Assembly: GCA_963709215.1 (NCBI GenBank)
Contig: CAVPVO010000004.1
Coordinates: forward strand, 220,101 to 284,100
Direction: 5' to 3'
DNA: 64,000 nucleotides
Origin: Terriglobia bacterium
Lineage (GTDB): Bacteria; Acidobacteriota; Terriglobia; Bryobacterales; Bryobacteraceae
The notes under the pieces were generated by a model. The model saw nothing but the letters and a program-made list of their open reading frames with translations. It was not told the DNA's origin and searched no databases. Positions within the stretch are counted from its first letter, which is position 1; every line of letters starts with the position of its first letter. A program made the translations under genes and the position numbers. Below, one piece after another: positions 1-10,259 of this stretch.

Positions 1-848
1 ATCGACTGATAGCGCTGATCGGGATCTTTGCGCAGGCACCGCATCACGATCTCCTGCACTCCGGGCGGCGCGTCGACGCCCGTCTTTCGAAAACTCCTGC
101 GGTGTCGTCGCGCAACACGGCCGTCAGCGTGGCCAGACCCGAGCTGCCGCGGAAAGCCCGCTCGCCGGTGAGCATTTCGTAAAGCACCGACGCCGAACGA
201 AAAAATGTCGGACCGCGCATCCACTTTGCGCCCCTGCGCCTGTTCCGGCGACATGTAGGCGACCGTGCCGATGATGGCGCCCTCCGCCGTCTTCGGGCGG
301 CCGTTCACATGCAGCGACATCGTGGTGTCGGACGTGCCCATGCCGATCCCCAGCGCGTCCTGGCCTTGTTCGTCCGCCGACAGCTTGGCCAGTCCGAAGT
401 CGAGCACCTTTGCCAGGCCGTCCGGCGTCACCATCACGTTGGCCGGCTTCAGGTCGCGATGCACGATGCCGATGCTGTGCGCGGCGGCCAGCGCATCGGC
501 AATCTGCGTGGCGAGTTTCAGGCAGTCGACGGTGGGAATCCGCCCGGCTTCGATCATGTCGCGCCAGCGTCTGGCCGCGCACGAACTCCATGACGATGCA
601 TTCGCCTTCCGTCGATGGTAACGATGTCGTGAATGGTGATGATATTGGGATGGTTCAGCGACGACGCCGCGCGCGCTTCCTGGATGAACCGGGCGCGCCG
701 TGGTCGTTCGATTCGCCCGCGCCGCGATCAGGACTTTGATGGCGACGAAACGACCCAGCTGCATGTCCCGCGCCTTGTAAACGACACCCATCCCGCCCTC
801 GCCGAGCTTCTCGAGGATTTCATAATGCGAAATGATGGTTCCAACCAT
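1..848 (-). CDS. Ser/Thr protein kinase catalytic domain (partial, runs off the window start); contains frame-scrambled segments
   Basis: Reading the reverse strand from ATG 848-846 gives [35 protein letters not shown], then [30 protein letters not shown] and [13 protein letters not shown]. This frame stays open to position 1, which is why it is absent from the ORF track. However, [22 protein letters not shown] and [12 protein letters not shown] (ORF 124..591) lie in the other two frames between ~715 and ~560. [12 protein letters not shown] is also out of frame between ~188 and ~100. Confidence 0.8.
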   Translation of the reverse strand, partial: MVGTIISHYEILEKLGEGGMGVVYKARDMQLGRFVAIKVLIAARANRTTTARPVHPGSARGVVAEPSQYHHHSRHRYHRRKANASSWSSCAARRWRDMIEAGRIPTVDCLKLATQIADALAAAHSIGIVHRDLKPANVMVTPDGLAKVLDFGLAKLSADEQGQDALGIGMGTSDTTMSLHVNGRPKTAEGAIIGTVAYMSPEQAQGRKVDARSDIFSFGVGALRNAHRRAGFPRQLGSGHADGRVARRHRRSFRKTGVDAPPGVQEIVMRCLRKDPDQRYQS

Positions 849-952
849 GGCGGGCGCAAAAAGCGCCATTCCAATACGATACTCCCCTCGGATAGCATGG
901 CGCCGGATGTGCGCCGGAGACCCCAAAAATAGTACCATTGCGTTAACAAGCC

Positions 953-2623
953 ATGAAGCGAACCTGGAAGCGCGTGGGCATCTGCGCGGCTATTGCTCTA
1001 GCCAGCGTTGTCGTCACCGTTCTCCTCGGTCACGTGCGCTTTTTTCAGCTGCTCAACCTCAAGGCTCAGGACGCGCATTTTATGCTGCGCGGCACCCAGC
1101 CGACGAAAGACATCGTCATCGTCGGCATCGATGAAAAGACCGAGGACAAGTTCCCGGAGCCGCGCCTCCTGTGGCAGCCCTACTACGCCGAAGCGATTCA
1201 GGCCGCCGCCGCAGCGGGGGCCAAGGTATTCGTACTCGATAATTTCTTCGCCATTCCGGTATCCAAATACCAGCCGGGGACCGATGAGGCACTGGCGGGG
1301 GCCGTCGCAGCCGCCGCCCCGACTATGCCTGTAGTGCTGGCTTTCGTGGCTAATACGGCGGACCAGCACGACCCGGCTTTTGCGGTTCCGGTGAACATCC
1401 TCGCCTCCGCAATGAACGGCGCGGCGATGGCCAACCTGACGGACGACGACGACAACCTGCTGCGCAAACAGGTGCTCATCGAAACTCCACAGCCCGGCGC
1501 GCCGCAGGAGCGCAGCATGGCGCTGCGCGCCGCGGAACTGTTCACGGGTAAGACCGCAACCGTCAAAGATGGCAAGGTTTTCCTGGGCGACCGCGAAATA
1601 CCAGTCGACAAGGACCTCGAAATGACAATAAATTTCGCCGGGCCCGCGGAGACTTTCCCGCGCGTTTCGCTTTCGGACTTCATCGGAGCCGCCCGCGCCG
1701 GAAACAAGACCCAGCTCGAAAAATGGGTGAAAGGCAAGATCGTCCTGCTCGGACCCGACCTGCGCACGGAAGATACCCACGCTACCCCATTCTTCACGGC
1801 CTTCGGCAGCTCGACCAGGTGGATGACCCCTGGTGTGGAGATTCACGCCAGCGCCCTGCAGACTATCCTGAGTGGCGATTTCCTGCGGCCCGTTCCGCAG
1901 TGGGTCACGATGCTCACTGTGGTTCTGGTCGCCGGCGCCACGGTCGCGATTGCGGCTGGCCTGGCCGCATCCCAGGCCGCGATATGGGCGATCCTGGTTC
2001 TCCTGGCCGGGCTGATCTTCACCCACATCATGTTCCGCCTGGGGTGGCTGATATCCAGTACCGATGTCATGCTGGTGTTCGTCACGGCCCTCATCGGCGG
2101 CATCATCTATCGCTTCGCCACCGCGGAAAAGAAGAGCAGCTTCTTCAAGAGCGCCGTGGCGCTGTTCGTCGGTAAGGAGGTCGCCAAATCGCTCGAGCAG
2201 AGCGAACAGATCGGCCTCACCGGCAAGCGCCGGATGGTCACGATTCTTTTCACCGATATCCGCGGCTTCACCGCCTTCTGCGAATCCAAAGATCCGGCCG
2301 TCATCGTCGACCTGCTGAACGTCTACATGGCCCAGATGTGCAAGATCATCGTCAGCCACCACGGCCACGTGAATAAGTTCATCGGCGACGGTATTCTGGC
2401 GGTCTTTTCCGACGACGATGAGGGCGCCGAACCCGGCGGTCACGCGCTGCGCGCCGTCAAATGCGCCGCCGAGATGGTGACCGCGCCGGGCGACTTCAAG
2501 ACCGGCTCCGGGCATGCACTCGGGCGAAGTGGTCATCGGCAACGTCGGATCGTCGGACAAGATGGAGTTCACGGTTCTCGGCGACACCGTCAATCTGGCC
2601 TCCCGCCTGGAAAGCCTGAATAA
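953..2623 (+). CDS. CHASE2 sensor domain / class III adenylate-guanylate cyclase, frame-disrupted at the 3' end (conserved C-terminus continues to ~2814)
   Basis: ORF 953..2623. The N-terminus has a TM segment followed by [21 protein letters not shown], which looks like CHASE2. A block of TM helices follows at ~1900-2100. The cyclase core is [26 protein letters not shown]. The conserved continuation [41 protein letters not shown] is in another frame from ~2510. [29 protein letters not shown] returns to the original frame from ~2660 and stops at 2812-2814. Confidence 0.85.
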   Translation: MKRTWKRVGICAAIALASVVVTVLLGHVRFFQLLNLKAQDAHFMLRGTQPTKDIVIVGIDEKTEDKFPEPRLLWQPYYAEAIQAAAAAGAKVFVLDNFFAIPVSKYQPGTDEALAGAVAAAAPTMPVVLAFVANTADQHDPAFAVPVNILASAMNGAAMANLTDDDDNLLRKQVLIETPQPGAPQERSMALRAAELFTGKTATVKDGKVFLGDREIPVDKDLEMTINFAGPAETFPRVSLSDFIGAARAGNKTQLEKWVKGKIVLLGPDLRTEDTHATPFFTAFGSSTRWMTPGVEIHASALQTILSGDFLRPVPQWVTMLTVVLVAGATVAIAAGLAASQAAIWAILVLLAGLIFTHIMFRLGWLISSTDVMLVFVTALIGGIIYRFATAEKKSSFFKSAVALFVGKEVAKSLEQSEQIGLTGKRRMVTILFTDIRGFTAFCESKDPAVIVDLLNVYMAQMCKIIVSHHGHVNKFIGDGILAVFSDDDEGAEPGGHALRAVKCAAEMVTAPGDFKTGSGHALGRSGHRQRRIVGQDGVHGSRRHRQSGLPPGKPE

Positions 2624-2816
2624 GGAGCACAAAACAAAACTGCTGATGAGCGGTGTCGACGTATGAAATGCTGAAGGGGGGTATCGACACTATGTATCTG
2701 GGTGCAGTGCCGGTGCGAGGCAAAACCGAACCAATGAAGCTCTATACAGTAGCGTCGCTGGTGACGGAAGAAATGCGGCAGGTTCATCACCTCGAAGAAG
2801 GCGTACCGGCCTGAAA

Positions 2817-5652
2817 ATGCGCCGATTTTCCTCGGCTTTTGCCCTCATACCGGTGACTGGTGCCCGCGCTCTTCGCGCGCCGACACCAAAGAAGAACCAG
2901 TCGGCCTGATCCTCACCGCGCACGGGCGGCAAGGTTCTGCGCGCCAATACCGAAACCCCGCTGGCGGCGCGTTCCGGCGACATCCTCTTTTCCGGCGATT
3001 CGCTGCAGGCCATCGGCGCCCCGCCAATTTTCTCTACTGTCCGGGCAAGACCTCCCAGACGCTGGATCCGGGCGGCGAAGTTCTTCTCGAACGCCAAGGC
3101 GCTCAAGATCAAAACCGGCAAGCTCGATCCGCCCCAGCCCGTCAACGCCTGCTTCCTGCCGCAGCTGGTGCGCGTGGCCGTGGCCAGCCAGCAGCATTAC
3201 GGGGTCAGCATGACGCGCGGCCTGGCGAAGCCGGAAGGCGACGTGATCGCGTTCGACGCGCTGCCCGCCGACGTCCAGACCGCGATCGCGCCCATTGGAA
3301 CAGGCCCTGCGCGCCAATCCGAACGACGTCTCCGCAACTGGTCAGGAAGCCGCCGATCTTCGACCAGAACAAGCTCGAAGCCAACGCGCTCGCCGCTTAT
3401 CAAGAAGGTTGTCCGGCCAGTGGACGGACGCCGTCTGGGTCAAAGGCCGCATTTTCGAGCTGGAGGAATCGCTGGCCAACGCAGGCCGCACTGAAGGCCG
3501 CCGAAATTTCGCCCGACGCCAAAACCTACGCGCTGCTGATCGGCATCTCGAAATACCAGAAGGTGCCGCAGGATCTGTGGCTGCAGTTCGCCGATGCCGA
3601 CGCGAAGACCTTCAGCCAGCACCTGGCCAGCCCGCGCGGCGGCGGCGTTCCAGCCGATCAGATGGTCGTGCTGACCAACGAAGAAGCCACCACAGCCGCC
3701 GTGCGCAACGCCTTCCAGACGATTTCTGCGAAAGCGCGCCGGCAAGAAGGACACGATCTTCATCCTGGTCGCCGGCGCACGGCATCGTCGACAGCCGCGG
3801 CGCGTACATCCTGACCTACGACAGCGATCCGCAGGATCTTTCCACCACCGCGCTCCCGTTCAGCGAAATCCAGTCGCTGGTCGACGACGAGCTCTCGAAA
3901 GTCGGCCGCGTGGTGCTGCTTGGCCGATGTCGCCGCGCCGCGGCTATCGGCAATCTCAAGACCGCCGCAGTCGGCAGCGCGGTGGAGAAGCTCGGCGAAG
4001 CGACAGGGCGAAATGCTCGGCCTGATGGCCGCCCGTCCGCGCGAGGTCTCCGACGAAGGCACGCAGTACGGCGGCGGCCACGGCGCTTTCACCTACTCCG
4101 TCCTGAAAGGTCTCGAGGGCTTCGGCGACCATAACGACGACCGTTTCGTCGACGCCGGCGAACTCACCGACTACGTCCGCGACAACGTGCCGAAGCTGAC
4201 CGAACAACAAGCAGCATCCGCGCGATTTCGGCAACATGGCGGGCGAGACGAAGCTCTCCGATCTCAGCAAGCAGGGCATCACGCTGGCCCGCTTCCGCAC
4301 CCTCTACGATTCGCGCAACGGCGGCCCGCTGTTCCTCGCCGACGCCGACCCGCAGAACGCGCCGATTTCCGGACAGGCCGCCGCAGGATGTCGATGCTTT
4401 CCAGGCCGCTATCCGCGCGCGGCAACCTGCTGCCCGAATCAGCCGAACAGCGCCTGGGCCTCTGCTCGATAAACTGCGCGCCGAACTGCCGCCCGAGCAG
4501 ATGTTCCTGCAGGAAAACGCGCTCCGCGTCGCGCTCGAGAATGCAGGCCCAGCAGGTGCTGCTGCGCTATCTCGCCGGAGACCAGACGCCGCAGACGAAA
4601 GCCGAATTCGACGCCGGATCGACGCTACATGGAAGCCGCCATCGCGCTTACTCCCGAATCGCTTTATCTCGAAGGCCGCAACGATTTCTTCCAGGGCCGC
4701 GGCCTGCTCTACGACAAGCAATATCGCGCAGGCCGCCAATCTGCTCGAGCAATCCGTCCGCATCGATCCCGGCGAGGCCTACGGCTACAACGCGCTGGGC
4801 ATCGCGTATCTCGAGCAGGCCGACTTCGCCAAGGCCATCCCGGCATTCCGCGACGCCGCGCGGCGCGCGCCGAACTGGTCTTATCCGCTGCACAACCTGG
4901 CGCTGGCTTATGTGGAAGCCGGCGATTACCAGGACGCCATCCGCAGCTATCAGCAGGCCATGCGGATCACCCCGCAGTACAGCTATCTGCCTTACAATCT
5001 CGGCCTCGTCTATCAGCGTCTGAACCGGCGCCGCGACGCCGAGACTGCCTATCGCAGGGCCATGGTGCTGGCGCCCGATTCCGCCGAGCCGCTGAACGCG
5101 CTCGGTTCGCTGAAGGCTTCCGAAGGCAAGTCCGCCGAAGCCGAAAAGTTTTATCGCGACGCGCTGCAGAAGAATCCCGCGCAGCTCACTGCGCTTGCCG
5201 CGCGCCACAACCTGGGCCTGCTGCTGGCCGGTCTGAAGAGGCCGCCAGAACGAAGCCATCGCGCTCTGGCAAGCAGAATCTCGCCGCCCAGTCCCGACTA
5301 TCTGGCTTCGCGGCTCAGCCTCGCCGAGCTGCTCGGCGCAAACCGGCGACACGGCCGGCGCTATCGAACAATACGGATATGTGGTCGGTATCGAAGCCCG
5401 AGTACATCGGCGGCGCGCAATGGCTCTGGCGGGCCTGTATTTAAAGGCGAATCAGCCGGAACATGGCGCTCGACCAGCTGCGCGCCGCGGCGAAGCAGGA
5501 AGCGCAGAATGCTTCGCTCTGGGAGCAGATCGGCGACGCCGAAAAGTCCCTGAATCACCCCGATGCGGCCCGCGAAGCCTACGCGACAGCGCTGAAACTT
5601 CAAATCAGAAAGGCGGACGCGAAAGCGAATCCGTGCCAAAATGGCCTTTTAA
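2817..5652 (+). pseudogene. caspase-like (peptidase C14) domain + TPR repeat protein, heavily frame-disrupted
   Basis: Conserved blocks are spread over all three plus frames. YALLIGISKYQKVPQD / PQDLWLQFADADAKTF..VVLTNEEATTAAVRNAF lie in and just upstream of ORF 3563..3814. LVAGHGIVDSRGAYILTYDSDPQDL..VVLLAD(V)C is in ORF 3295..4134. GLMAARPREVSDEGTQYGGGHGAFTYSVLKGLEG is in ORF 3920..5023. TPR repeats YGYNALGIAYLEQADFAKAI..NLALAYVEAGDYQDAI..NLGLVYQRLNRRRDAE are in ORF 4501..5553, and SLWEQIGDAEKSLNHPDAAREAYATALKL is in ORF 5463... I count at least 10 frame switches. The start (ATG 2817, signal-like MRRFSSAFALIPV) and the end are approximate. Confidence 0.65.
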
Positions 5653-6491
5653 TGGATGGCGTGAATATACGGCTCAAATTCTGGGGGGTGCGCGGCTCCA
5701 CTCCCACTCCTCAGATTGAGAACCTGAAGTTCGGCGGCAACACGTCCTGCGTCGAAATGCGCACCACGAACAACGAGTGCGTGATCTTCGACGCCGGCAG
5801 CGGCATTCGCGCGCTGGGTCAGACGCTGATGCAGGAAGCCAACGGCGAGCGCCATCAACACCAAGATATTCCTGACGCATTTCCACTGGGACCACATTCA
5901 GGGCATTCCCGTTCTTCGCGCCGCTTTACGGGCCCAAGAATCACATCTCGTTTTATCTCCGGCACCACCGGCCGGCCGCTGCAGGAGACGCTGGAAGGCC
6001 AGATGGCGAAGCCCTATTTCCCGATCGACTTCAGCCAGGTGGCCGCCAAACGCGACTTCCATCAGATCGAGACCGGTGCCTGCGTTAAGGTCGGCGGCCT
6101 CACGGTGCGGCCCTTCCCGCTGAATCATCCGCAGGGTGCGTCCGGATACCGCATTGAATCGAACGGCGTCACGGTGATCGTTTACGCGACCGACTACGAG
6201 CACGGCGTGAAGAAGTCGGACGACATTCTCGCCGAGTACGCGCAGGACGCCGACATTCTGATCTGCGACGCGCAGTATACGCCCGCCGAGTACGAAACGC
6301 ATCGCGGCTGGGGCCACAGCACCTGGGAGAACGCCGTGCTGGTGGCACGGGACGCCCACGCCGAGCACCTGATGCTTTTCCATCACGACCCGATGCACGA
6401 CGATCAGACGATGATGCGCATCAGTCAGGACGCGCGTCTGCAGTTCGACAACACGACCGCCGCCTGGGAAGGGTTTGTCGCCGCGCTGTAA
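5652..6491 (+). CDS. MBL-fold metallo-hydrolase; the metal-binding HxHxDH block is encoded out of frame
   Basis: The gene uses an internal ATG of ORF 5463..6491: MDGVNIRLKFWGVRGSTPTP..NTSCVEM..VIFDAGSGIRALG, ending ..LMLFHHDPMHDD. The expected [34 protein letters not shown] is only readable in another frame between ~5855 and ~5945. The called frame stays open through this stretch but reads RHQHQDIPDAFPLGPHSGHS. Confidence 0.75.
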   Translation: MDGVNIRLKFWGVRGSTPTPQIENLKFGGNTSCVEMRTTNNECVIFDAGSGIRALGQTLMQEANGERHQHQDIPDAFPLGPHSGHSRSSRRFTGPRITSRFISGTTGRPLQETLEGQMAKPYFPIDFSQVAAKRDFHQIETGACVKVGGLTVRPFPLNHPQGASGYRIESNGVTVIVYATDYEHGVKKSDDILAEYAQDADILICDAQYTPAEYETHRGWGHSTWENAVLVARDAHAEHLMLFHHDPMHDDQTMMRISQDARLQFDNTTAAWEGFVAAL

Positions 6492-6579
6492 AGAAGCGTC
6501 GCAGCCACCTTCAGGCGAAACACGCGCCTCAACTGGTCGGCGTTCAATGGCCGTGTACGCGAGACGCGGGGACCTCCAG

Positions 6580-7317
6580 CTACGGGTCCAGGCGGACCAC
6601 AAAAGCCTGAGGTTCGCGCTGGTCGGCCCGGATACGCTGAGCCAGCGCTTCGGCGGCTTCCGGCGAGGGCTCGCGTCCGGCGAGGATGCGCCACAGCGGC
6701 GGATCGCCCTGACGCAGCACTTCTTTCGCCGCACCGTAGGCCGTAATCATATTCTGTTGCTGACGGTCGGCGTTGGCCTTATCGCGGAAAGCGCCGATCT
6801 GCACGGCAAATACCGCCGGTTCCGGCGCTGCCGGCGCGCCGATGAGGATCAACTCGACTTGCGCCACGCCCGGGCCGATCAGATCGACCTCCCGCGCGGC
6901 GGCGTGCGAGAGATCGATGACACGTCCGTCAACGAAAGGGCCGCGGTCGATGATGCGCACGTCAACGGTCTTGTCGTTTGTCAGATTGCGCACCCGGATC
7001 ATGGTCTGAAACGGCAGCGTACGATGCGCGGCCACCATCGTTTCCATGTCGTAGATTTCGCCGTCGGCGGCTTTGCGGCCATGGTAGGGATGGCCGTACC
7101 AGCTGGCGAGTCCGCGCTCGAGGACGGTGCCGATCGTTGGCATCGGTGCTGTCGGGATGAGGCCGGGAACCGGTGCGGTGTTCGGTACCGGAGCGGGTGC
7201 GGCGGGCGTGACCGGGGGTGGGACGACCGCGATGGTTTTCTTCTTCGCGCACCCCGTGATTGCAATCGCGAGGGTGATGACGAAAGCCAGTCGCCGGGTC
7301 ATCGGGTTCTTAACCAT
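6580..7317 (-). CDS. rlpA: septal ring lytic transglycosylase RlpA family lipoprotein (DPBB domain + C-terminal SPOR domain)
   Basis: Lipoprotein signal MTRRLAFVITLAIAITGC. DPBB block GLASWYGHPYHGRKAADGEIYDMETMVAAHRTLPF..VRIIDRGPF..RVIDLSHAAA. SPOR-like block FAVQIGAFRDKANADRQ. The start is either 7317 or 7302; the upstream part of ORF 6580..7593 was rejected. Confidence 0.9.
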   Translation of the reverse strand: MVKNPMTRRLAFVITLAIAITGCAKKKTIAVVPPPVTPAAPAPVPNTAPVPGLIPTAPMPTIGTVLERGLASWYGHPYHGRKAADGEIYDMETMVAAHRTLPFQTMIRVRNLTNDKTVDVRIIDRGPFVDGRVIDLSHAAAREVDLIGPGVAQVELILIGAPAAPEPAVFAVQIGAFRDKANADRQQQNMITAYGAAKEVLRQGDPPLWRILAGREPSPEAAEALAQRIRADQREPQAFVVRLDP

Positions 7318-7330
7318 ACTAACCTCGATC

Positions 7331-8350
7331 TTGGTCCAAAGCGTCACAATCGTTGTCGCCTGCCGCAATGAGATCGCGCACATCCCGGCGTTTCTGGACA
7401 GCCTGGCGCGGCTCGATCGTTCGAATCTCAAACTCGACGTAATTGTGGCGGACGGTATGAGCACGGACGGCACGAGGCAGATCCTCGATACGTTCGCGCG
7501 GGAACACGCCTGGTGCAAAGTCATCGACAATCCAGGCAAAATCGTTTCGACCGGACTGAACCAGGCGGTGCAGCTCGCCCAGGGGGAGTTCATTGTGCGG
7601 ATGGACGCCCATACTGTTTACGAACCCGCGTACGTGGTCCAAAGTATCGCTGTGCTGCAGTCGACCGGCGCGGCGAACGTGGGCGGTCCGCAGCGGTCGC
7701 GTGCCCGGGGCTATTGGACGCGCGCGATTCACGCGGGATTTCATGCGCCATTTGCGACCGGCGGCGCCCGGTTTCGCGACGACAACTATTGCGGCCCGGT
7801 GGACACCGTGCCCTACGGCTGCTGGCGGCGCGAGTATCTGATCGCCATCGGGCTCTTCGACGAAACGCTCGTGCGGAATCAGGACGACGAGCTTAATCTG
7901 CGTATCCGGCTGGCGGGCGGAATCATCCGGCAGGATCCGTCGATTGTTTCCTGGTATGCGCCGCGCGCCACCCTCGCAGGCGTTTTCCGGCAGTATTTTG
8001 AATACGGATTCTGGCGCGTGGCCGTGCTGCGGAAACATGCGGGCCAGGGAGCGTTGCGGCATTTCGTTCCGGCCGCGGCACTGCTGAGCGGGATCGGCCT
8101 GCTTCTGTTTGACCGGCCGATACTGATGGTGCTGGCGCTTATCTATCTGCTGCTAAGCCTGCTCGCGAGCGTGCAGTCCGCGCGACGGGAAGGCTGGGAC
8201 CTCTTCCCGGCCCTGCCGATCACTTTCGCTGTTTATCAACTGGCGTACGCGGCTGGCTTTCTCGCGGGACTCGTATACTGGACCCTGTTTGGACGATATC
8301 GAAAGAATCCGCGCCGAGTTTCAGACGCGCGACCGGACGATTCCGCCTGA
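7331..8350 (+). CDS. glycosyltransferase family 2 with C-terminal TM helices
   Basis: VTIVVACRNE..DVIVADGMSTDGT..IVRMDAHTVY..NQDDELNLRIRL, followed by hydrophobic helices. The start is uncertain; I chose TTG 7331, in frame with ORF 7127..8350. Confidence 0.8.
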   Translation: MVQSVTIVVACRNEIAHIPAFLDSLARLDRSNLKLDVIVADGMSTDGTRQILDTFAREHAWCKVIDNPGKIVSTGLNQAVQLAQGEFIVRMDAHTVYEPAYVVQSIAVLQSTGAANVGGPQRSRARGYWTRAIHAGFHAPFATGGARFRDDNYCGPVDTVPYGCWRREYLIAIGLFDETLVRNQDDELNLRIRLAGGIIRQDPSIVSWYAPRATLAGVFRQYFEYGFWRVAVLRKHAGQGALRHFVPAAALLSGIGLLLFDRPILMVLALIYLLLSLLASVQSARREGWDLFPALPITFAVYQLAYAAGFLAGLVYWTLFGRYRKNPRRVSDARPDDSA

Positions 8351-8984
8351 CTTCTACGCCTGGCATCGCCCCGAGATTCGGTACTGGCAGAGGCAGACGG
8401 CGCACGCCTGCACCAGGCTTCTTGAAAACGCCGGCGCACTCCCACTCGATAACGCTTCGATCGCCGATATCGGATGCGGTACCGGCCAGTGGCTCGCGGA
8501 GTTTGTACATTGGGGCGCGAAGCCGGCCAACCTGCACGGCATCGATCTTCTGGAAGAGCGCATTGCCGGCGCGCGGGGGCGCCTGCCGGATGCCGATCTG
8601 CGCTGCGGCGATGCGCGCCATCTCCCGTGGCCGGATGCATCTTTCGATCTGGTGACGCAATTCACCGTCTTCAGCTCGATTCTCCATATCGACGTGCAGC
8701 GCGAAATCGCCAATGAGATGTTGCGCGTCCTGCGTCCCGGCGGACACATCCTCTGGTACGACTGCCGGTACCCGAACCCTCTGCGCCCGGCCGTGCGCGG
8801 CCTGAATCGCGGCGATGTCCGTCGACTTTTTCCGAACTGTGCGATCGGTCTCACCGTAACCACTCTTGTGCCTCCGTTATCGCGGGCCATTGCGCGCCAT
8901 TCCTGTAAGCTCGCCGCTCTCCTGGAAAGCCTGCGCATTACTTGCACGCATCTCGCAGCCGTAATCACCCCTGAAAAACAGTAA
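8289..8984 (+). CDS. class I SAM-dependent methyltransferase
   Basis: Motif I IADIGCGTGQWLAEF, then DLVTQFTVFSSI and LRVLRPGGHILWYD. Overlaps the GT2 3' end by ~60 nt. Confidence 0.8.
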   Translation: MDDIERIRAEFQTRDRTIPPDFYAWHRPEIRYWQRQTAHACTRLLENAGALPLDNASIADIGCGTGQWLAEFVHWGAKPANLHGIDLLEERIAGARGRLPDADLRCGDARHLPWPDASFDLVTQFTVFSSILHIDVQREIANEMLRVLRPGGHILWYDCRYPNPLRPAVRGLNRGDVRRLFPNCAIGLTVTTLVPPLSRAIARHSCKLAALLESLRITCTHLAAVITPEKQ

Positions 8985-8997
8985 AATGGAGAGACCT

Positions 8998-9972
8998 ATG
9001 CGGGGAATTTTGCTTTTTCTGTTGACTGCGGGGCTCGTGTGCGCGCAGACCGCCGCGCCGACCAAAGCACCTGCCTTCGAAGTCGCTTCCATCAAACCGG
9101 CGCCGGACCTCATGACGCTGATGCAGCAGATTCAGAGCGGCAAAGGACACCTCGGGGTAAAAATCGACGGGCATCGTCTGGACATCGGCTTTTCGTCGCT
9201 GCGCGATCTGATCTGCTACGCCTACGATGTGAAGCCGCATCAGGTGATTGGTCCGGATTCGCTGCTTCTCAGCCAGCGCTGGGAAGTAATGGCCACCATT
9301 CCGGATGACGCGACCAAAGAGCAGGCGCCGCAGATGATGCAGGCCCTCCTTGCGGAGCGCTTCGGCCTGAAATTTCATCGCGAGAGCAGGGAACATCCGG
9401 TTTATGCGCTGGTGGTGGCGAAGGGCGGGATCAAGATGAAGGAGGCTCTGCCTGACGAGCCTGCGCCGGCGGCGCCGCCGCCCGATTCCAAGGACACAAG
9501 AACCATCGACGTCGGTCAGGGGCCGATGACTGTCAAACAGGACGGCAAAGGCGGAGCGTCCATCAACGCGGGTGCGCTTGGAAACATCAAAGTCAACATG
9601 AGTCCGGAAGGTCTCATCCATATGGAGATGAGCAGGATGTCGATGGACAAGCTGGTCGGGCAGATGGCGCCGATCATGGACCGCCCGGTAGTCGACAAGA
9701 CTGATCTCAAGGGCAATTATCAGGTGGCGCTTGAGTTCCCCATGAGCGCAATGCTGGCGGTGGCGCGCGCGCAGGGTATCAACATTCCCGGCATGCCGCC
9801 CGGTCTGGGTGGTGGCGGCGGAACGGGTCCTGCGGATGCCGCATCCGATCCGGCCGCCATGGACGCCGTCTTCAAATCGATGGACAAGCTGGGCCTGAAG
9901 CTGGAGCAGCAGAAACAGCCGTTTGACGACATCGTTGTCGACCACGTGGAAAAAACTCCGACTGAAAATTAA
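8998..9972 (+). CDS. secreted protein of the Solibacter-expanded TIGR03435-like family
   Basis: Signal MRGILLFLLTAGLVCAQ, then APAFEVASIKPA, LRDLICYAYDVKPHQV, QMMQALLAERFGLKFHRESRE.PVYALVV and a C-terminal FDDIVVDHVEKTPTEN. A GGAGAG sequence precedes ATG 8998. Confidence 0.75.
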   Translation: MRGILLFLLTAGLVCAQTAAPTKAPAFEVASIKPAPDLMTLMQQIQSGKGHLGVKIDGHRLDIGFSSLRDLICYAYDVKPHQVIGPDSLLLSQRWEVMATIPDDATKEQAPQMMQALLAERFGLKFHRESREHPVYALVVAKGGIKMKEALPDEPAPAAPPPDSKDTRTIDVGQGPMTVKQDGKGGASINAGALGNIKVNMSPEGLIHMEMSRMSMDKLVGQMAPIMDRPVVDKTDLKGNYQVALEFPMSAMLAVARAQGINIPGMPPGLGGGGGTGPADAASDPAAMDAVFKSMDKLGLKLEQQKQPFDDIVVDHVEKTPTEN

Positions 9973-10027
9973 CGCGCTGAAGTCCCGCCGGAAAATTGAT
10001 CCTTCCCACGCCCGCCGCATCAGGTCT

Positions 10028-10165
10028 TAGCAGGCTGCTGAAAAACGCTTCTTGCCACTCCCTTACCGTCGCGGTTCGGAAAAGCAGGTGCTGATTCCGC
10101 AGTGGTTACTGAACCGCGCGCGTCAGCAAGCGGCAACGAAAAGAGCTTTTTCAGCATCCCGTCAG
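10028..10165. repeat. palindromic MITE/REP-like element, copy 1 (3' end degenerate)
   Basis: About 97% identical over ~120 nt to 12845-12978: tagcaggctgctgaaaaacgcttcttgccactccctta.cgtcgcggttcgg...gaaccgcgcgcgtcagcaagcggcaacgaaaagagc. Confidence 0.85.
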
Positions 10166-10259
10166 GTGATCATCACGGACCATGCCGGCAACACCGCAAG
10201 AAATGCTTTCATCCGTCGGCAAGGATAACGCTAAGCGATAAAATTCACCCGGGGGGGCA

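Noticed and set aside
998-2632. 544-aa minus-strand ORF opposite the CHASE2 cyclase. The same judgement applies to other long antisense ORFs: 8965..10020, 15591..16925, 22855..23886, 26647..27906, 48281..49882, 53868..55367 and 59730..61046
   Set aside because: Each is the mirror of a gene with strong family motifs. All have skewed R/P/G/A composition and no domain signatures. Stop-codon scarcity in high-GC DNA explains their length.
2500-2665. Programmed ribosomal frameshifting as the explanation for the cyclase frame excursion (and for similar excursions in the kinase and MBL genes)
   Set aside because: There is no slippery heptamer or downstream pseudoknot-like structure at the shift points. 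The shifts come in plus/minus pairs, and many similar breaks cluster in the same 6.5 kb. This fits indels (errors or mutations) better.
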